The translations under genes were made by a program, and so were the position numbers. The notes beneath the pieces are model-generated. The model saw only the letters and a program-made list of their open reading frames with translations. It made no database searches and was not told where the DNA came from. Below, one piece after another: positions 30,770 to 34,517 of a stretch of 34,517 nucleotides of DNA. The stretch is from Nemertoderma westbladi (Eukaryota > Animalia > Xenacoelomorpha), in NCBI GenBank assembly GCA_032718475.1, contig JAUCBJ010005655.1, forward strand, positions 1 through 34,517, read 5' to 3'. How positions within the stretch are numbered: the stretch's first letter is position 1; the number at the start of each line of letters is the position of its first letter.

Positions 30770-31865
30770 AACACCAGCTGTATATCAGCTAACACAAAAC
30801 ATAAAACATATAAAACAATCTAAGCAAACACAAAACATCAGCTACAATCTCAACAAACACAAAATATCAGCTACAATTTCATCAAACACAAAACATCAGC
30901 TACAATCTCTACAAACACAAGATATCAGCTACATTCTCATCAAACACAAAACATCAGCTACAATCTCTACAAACACAAGATATCAGCTACATTCTCATCA
31001 AACACAAAACATCAGTGCTACAATATCAAAAAAACGCATAATATCAGTGCTATAATCTCAACACATTCAATACATCAGATTCAATCTCATCAAACACAAA
31101 ACACCAGCTGCAATCTCAACAAACACAAAATATCAGCTACAATTTCATCAAACACAAAACATCAGCTACAATCTCTACAAACACAAGATATCAGCTACAT
31201 TCTCATCAAACACAAAACATCAGCTACAATCTCAACAAACACAAAATATCAGCTACAATCTCATCAAACACAAAACATTAGCTACAATCTCTACAAACAC
31301 AAGATATCAGCTACATTCTCATCAACACAAAACATCAGTGCTACAATATCAAAAAAACGCATAATATCAGTGCTATAATCTCAACACATTCAATACATCA
31401 GATTCAATCTCATCAAACACAAAACACCAGCTGCAATCTCAACAAACACAAAATATCAGCTACAATTTCATCAAACACAAAACATCAGCTACAATCTCTA
31501 CAAACACAAGATATCAGCTACATTCTCATCAAACACAAAACATCAGCTACAATCTCAACAAACACAAAATATCAGCTACAATCTCATCAAACACAAAACA
31601 TTAGCTACAATCTCTACAAACACAAGATATCAGCTACAATATCATCAACACAAAACATCAGTGCTACAATATCAAAAAAAAACGCATAATATCAGTGCTA
31701 TAATCTCAACACACTCAAAACATCAGATTCAATCTCATCAAACACAAAACATCAGCTGCAATCTCAACTCAACAAACACAAAATATCAGCTACAATCTCA
31801 ACAAACGCAAAACATTAGCTACCATCTCAACAAACGCAAAGTATCAATGATACAATCTCAAAAAA
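30770..31865. repeat. 29-bp satellite (~37 monomers) with a 323-bp higher-order repeat
   Basis: Monomer caaacacaaaa(c/t)atcagctacaatctca(a/t), with tcagctac at 30838, 30867 and 30896. The variant block gtgctacaatatcaaaaaaacgcataat recurs at 31015, 31338 and 31661. Confidence 0.97.
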
Positions 31866-32328
31866 ACACAATAAATGAAATTAAATTGCAAAATTTCCCA
31901 ATGATTTCTATATATTTGGGGTGGTTATGAGCATAAATAATCATAATGATACATCCTTGGTATATACTGCTCATAATGTGGATTCCGGAATATTTGTACT
32001 CACTATTATCCCAATGGGAAGCGGAAGAGTCCCGATTCAAAATTATAAAGTTGCAACATTCAGGTTCTTCACCCCCATACTCAAATAATATAAAATCCAT
32101 TACGAACCAAAAAAGTTGGGTTTACCGAAAATACTGGTTTAGAGCAGAAATCACGCTGATACTCTAAATAAATATGACCGATTTTATGAGAGCAGATCTC
32201 ATACATAACACTGAAACTGAAAGTTGACAAAACTGTGTGAACTGAATTTACTACATCGTCCATACATACTTGTCTCTTGCTAAAGTGATTGAAGCATCCA
32301 TTAAATTAACGAAAAGAATTATGCTTGA

Positions 32329-32620
32329 ATCAAAGCTTCAAGTTGCGGCCCTTGAGGATCGAAAGGCTGACCCCAATAAAAAGATGTGACGTTCATACAG
32401 TGAGTAACAAACTTTATTACCTTGTAAACACATAACCTTGTGTGTGATTGGCAATCACTCGGCAAGTCTTTCATGTATCAAAGTACTTAGTGGGTAGTTG
32501 AAAACCGTTGTTTGGCCCCATCAGTTTACCACTCGAAAGGGATTGGCTGCCCTCTCATGTATGGCCCTCAAGTAACATCCAATCACAGAGCATTAGTTAC
32601 ATCCTTATTAAGATATAATT
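32329..32620 (+). promoter_or_regulatory. Candidate proximal promoter of the Brachyury-like gene (2 TCF/LEF sites, 3 CCAAT boxes, TATA-like element)
   Basis: ATCAAAG at 32329-32335 and 32477-32483; ATTGG/CCAAT at ~32446, ~32542 and ~32579; gatataat at ~32612. Confidence 0.5.
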
Positions 32621-32738
32621 ACAATTAGTTTTCGAGTTAGTCAGTTAAAGTAAATTTACAAATACACGACAGTTAGTAGAGTGTGGGCGCGATATTTCCG
32701 GAGCTTAATAATAATAATTTCTAAATCTTACTTGAAAT

Positions 32739-32947
32739 ATGAAAAAGAGTGAAACTGATCAGTTACTTTTAGCGGCACGGGGCTGCCCCGATGCCATACC
32801 CGGTTTGCCCTCCATCCTGCAGTCCCAATCCATAGGAGTTGCCCAGCAGTCACCAGATTTTAGAATTCGTGTTTCATTGGCGGACCAACCACTGTGGCAG
32901 TGCTTTGGTAACCATACCAACGAAATGATTGTAACTAAAAGTGGCAG
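32739..32947 (+). CDS. bra: Brachyury-class T-box transcription factor, coding exon 1
   Basis: MKKSETDQLL..IRVSLADQPLWQCFGNHTNEMIVTKSG(R); donor AG|GTAAGA at the conserved T-box position (phase 2). Confidence 0.88.
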
Positions 32948-33412
32948 GTAAGATAAGTAAATACTTTATTATTTGGACCGCCGGTTCTATTAATTTGGAA
33001 ATAATAATTGCCCATAATAATTTTGTCACGTATCACTTTATAGGAAAACAGTACGAGTCGGTTTACTGGCCGAGCGCAGCGAGGCAATTAAAGTAGACGA
33101 GTACCTCTATTATTATGATATAAAGTGCTACTTTTATCAACGTGAAATATATAGTTATTTTTAATTATTTAATTATTCTTCTCGTACGCTGATTATCACT
33201 CGATAAGTTATACATCTCGAGGTGTCTAGCGGAGAAACAAAATTTATTTATGTTTATAATAAATAATTTGGAGATTAAATTCATGAAAATAGTTGAAAAT
33301 TGAATTAAATTATAATGAAAATTATAACCGAAATTCGTTGTAGTGCGGCCCCACCGCCCAGCTACACTTTTTATATTCACATTATGGATCGAACATTATC
33401 ATCATCTTGCAG

Positions 33413-33514
33413 ACGTATGTTCCCTGTGATTCGCGTTTCAGTAACCGGTCTGAACCCCAACTCAATGTACTCAATCCTTTTGGACTTTACATCGGTTGAT
33501 GATAAACGTTGGAG
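33413..33514 (+). CDS. bra: Brachyury-class T-box gene, coding exon 2
   Basis: ttgcag|A CGT ATG TTC CCT gives [33 protein letters not shown](R); donor AG|GTTAGT; 102 nt, phase 2-2. Confidence 0.92.
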
Positions 33515-33813
33515 GTTAGTTGGGTTGGATCAGGGATCCTCTAGAGTTGTATTACTGAAGTAGACTGACTACTTTACTGTTCATTATTGTAGAGCTACTT
33601 TTATATTTCTGCAGCGTGCAATGATTCACGTATTGCGTGAAGTTCATAAAAATATTTTGTAATTAATTTTTTGCGTTGTATATTAAAATATTCCGTGAAA
33701 ATTTTATTAAAAATATCATCTAAAATATAACTAACTTTATATTACTTTATTTTACTTTATATTACTGAAATAAGCACAAAACTATTGGTTTACCTCGTCG
33801 TTCTCTATGTCAG

Positions 33814-33976
33814 GTACGTAAACGGGGAGTGGTTGCCTAGCGACAAACGGGAAGCGAATCATTGTGCCGGAGTTTACACGCATCCAGAATCTCCGAACTT
33901 CGGTTCGCACTGGATGAAGGAATCGGTGTCGTTTAGCAAAGTCAAACTCAGTAACAAAACAAGCGGAAGAGGCAGG
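33814..33976 (+). CDS. bra: Brachyury-class T-box gene, coding exon 3 (gene continues beyond the window)
   Basis: gtcag|G TAC GTA AAC gives YVNGEWLPSDKREANHCAGVYTHPESPNFGSHWMKESVSFSKVKLSNKTSGRGR; donor GTGAGT in phase 0. YVNGEW, SPNFG-HWMK and SFSKVKL-NK are Brachyury-diagnostic. Confidence 0.93.
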
Positions 33977-34517
33977 GTGAGTGGCTTTATCCAGTAAAAT
34001 AGTAAAACTTAGTAATAAATGGATGATGTGATAAATGGACTTCCATTTCAATTATAAACCTAATGTAAGCCCCCCTCACACGGGCATATTGGCTCTGCAT
34101 CATGTTGCTGGACTCCTCACACGACGGGACATATGTTGCTCAAGAATATCATTTATTTTCAACGAAATTGCTAACATTAATTAATTTATCACACAAACTA
34201 TAAAGTATTAGATAGTATAAAAATGGGATGTAATAAATGTTTTTAATAAAAATGTTGCAGCAAGAAGTTTTTGACTTCCTCACAAGGTTCCAGAAAGTTC
34301 CATCAGACTTTTTTGGGTTGCGCCATGCAGATAGGGGGGGACTTTCGACGCAATAGAAATTCATCCCTCTCCAGGGGAAATTCGACGCAAATAACAGCTG
34401 ATTGTTCTCAAAAATAAAACTGCAACCTGTTCTATTGTGTTTAGTTTATTGTTTTGGTTAAAATAACGTGCCACTGTAACCTGCTCCTTTCCCTAAATTT
34501 AGAATTTTACATTGAGG

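Noticed and set aside
31661-32263. Q/S/T/N-rich ORF and neighbouring short ORFs as upstream Brachyury exons
   Set aside because: They derive from the satellite or have no homology, and I found no convincing splice path to 32739.
33045-33105. Hairpin with gccgagcgcagcgaggc in Brachyury intron 1 as a regulatory RNA
   Set aside because: It resembles a motif common in invertebrate non-autonomous DNA repeats; too short to classify or to claim function.
34070-34200. Three TCACAC T-box half-site cores in intron 3 as autoregulatory sites
   Set aside because: None extends to TCACACCT and two belong to a short local duplication; chance is sufficient.

Overview
AT-rich, repeat-dense DNA from an invertebrate animal. 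The left 14.6 kb is two BEL/Pao (Belpaoviridae) LTR retrotransposons on the minus strand. Element 1 (1-6121; an 891-codon gag ORF missing from the ORF track because it runs off the window, a ~2.2 kb leader and a ~1.26 kb 5' LTR) appears inserted into element 2 (6122-14581) at the start of its integrase. Main observation: neither element has a tRNA-type (TGG...) primer-binding site. In each, the bases directly after the LTR end (ACA|GTAAC...) are the exact reverse complement of a segment in its own LTR (13 nt and 9 nt). The two pairs differ in sequence and both stop at the LTR boundary, which suggests Tf1-like self-priming in a BEL/Pao lineage. The rest of the window holds a two-exon secreted fibrinogen-domain gene with a signal peptide, an acidic pro-segment ending in KR and no A-subdomain, and the first three coding exons of a divergent Brachyury-class T-box gene with TCF and CCAAT motifs and a 29-bp higher-order satellite upstream. 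It also holds relics of Harbinger, Academ, SINE, LINE (CR1-like, RTE, another APE-RT element) and Penelope-like elements, two with hammerhead-like motifs. All calls come from manual reading and translation; no searches were run.
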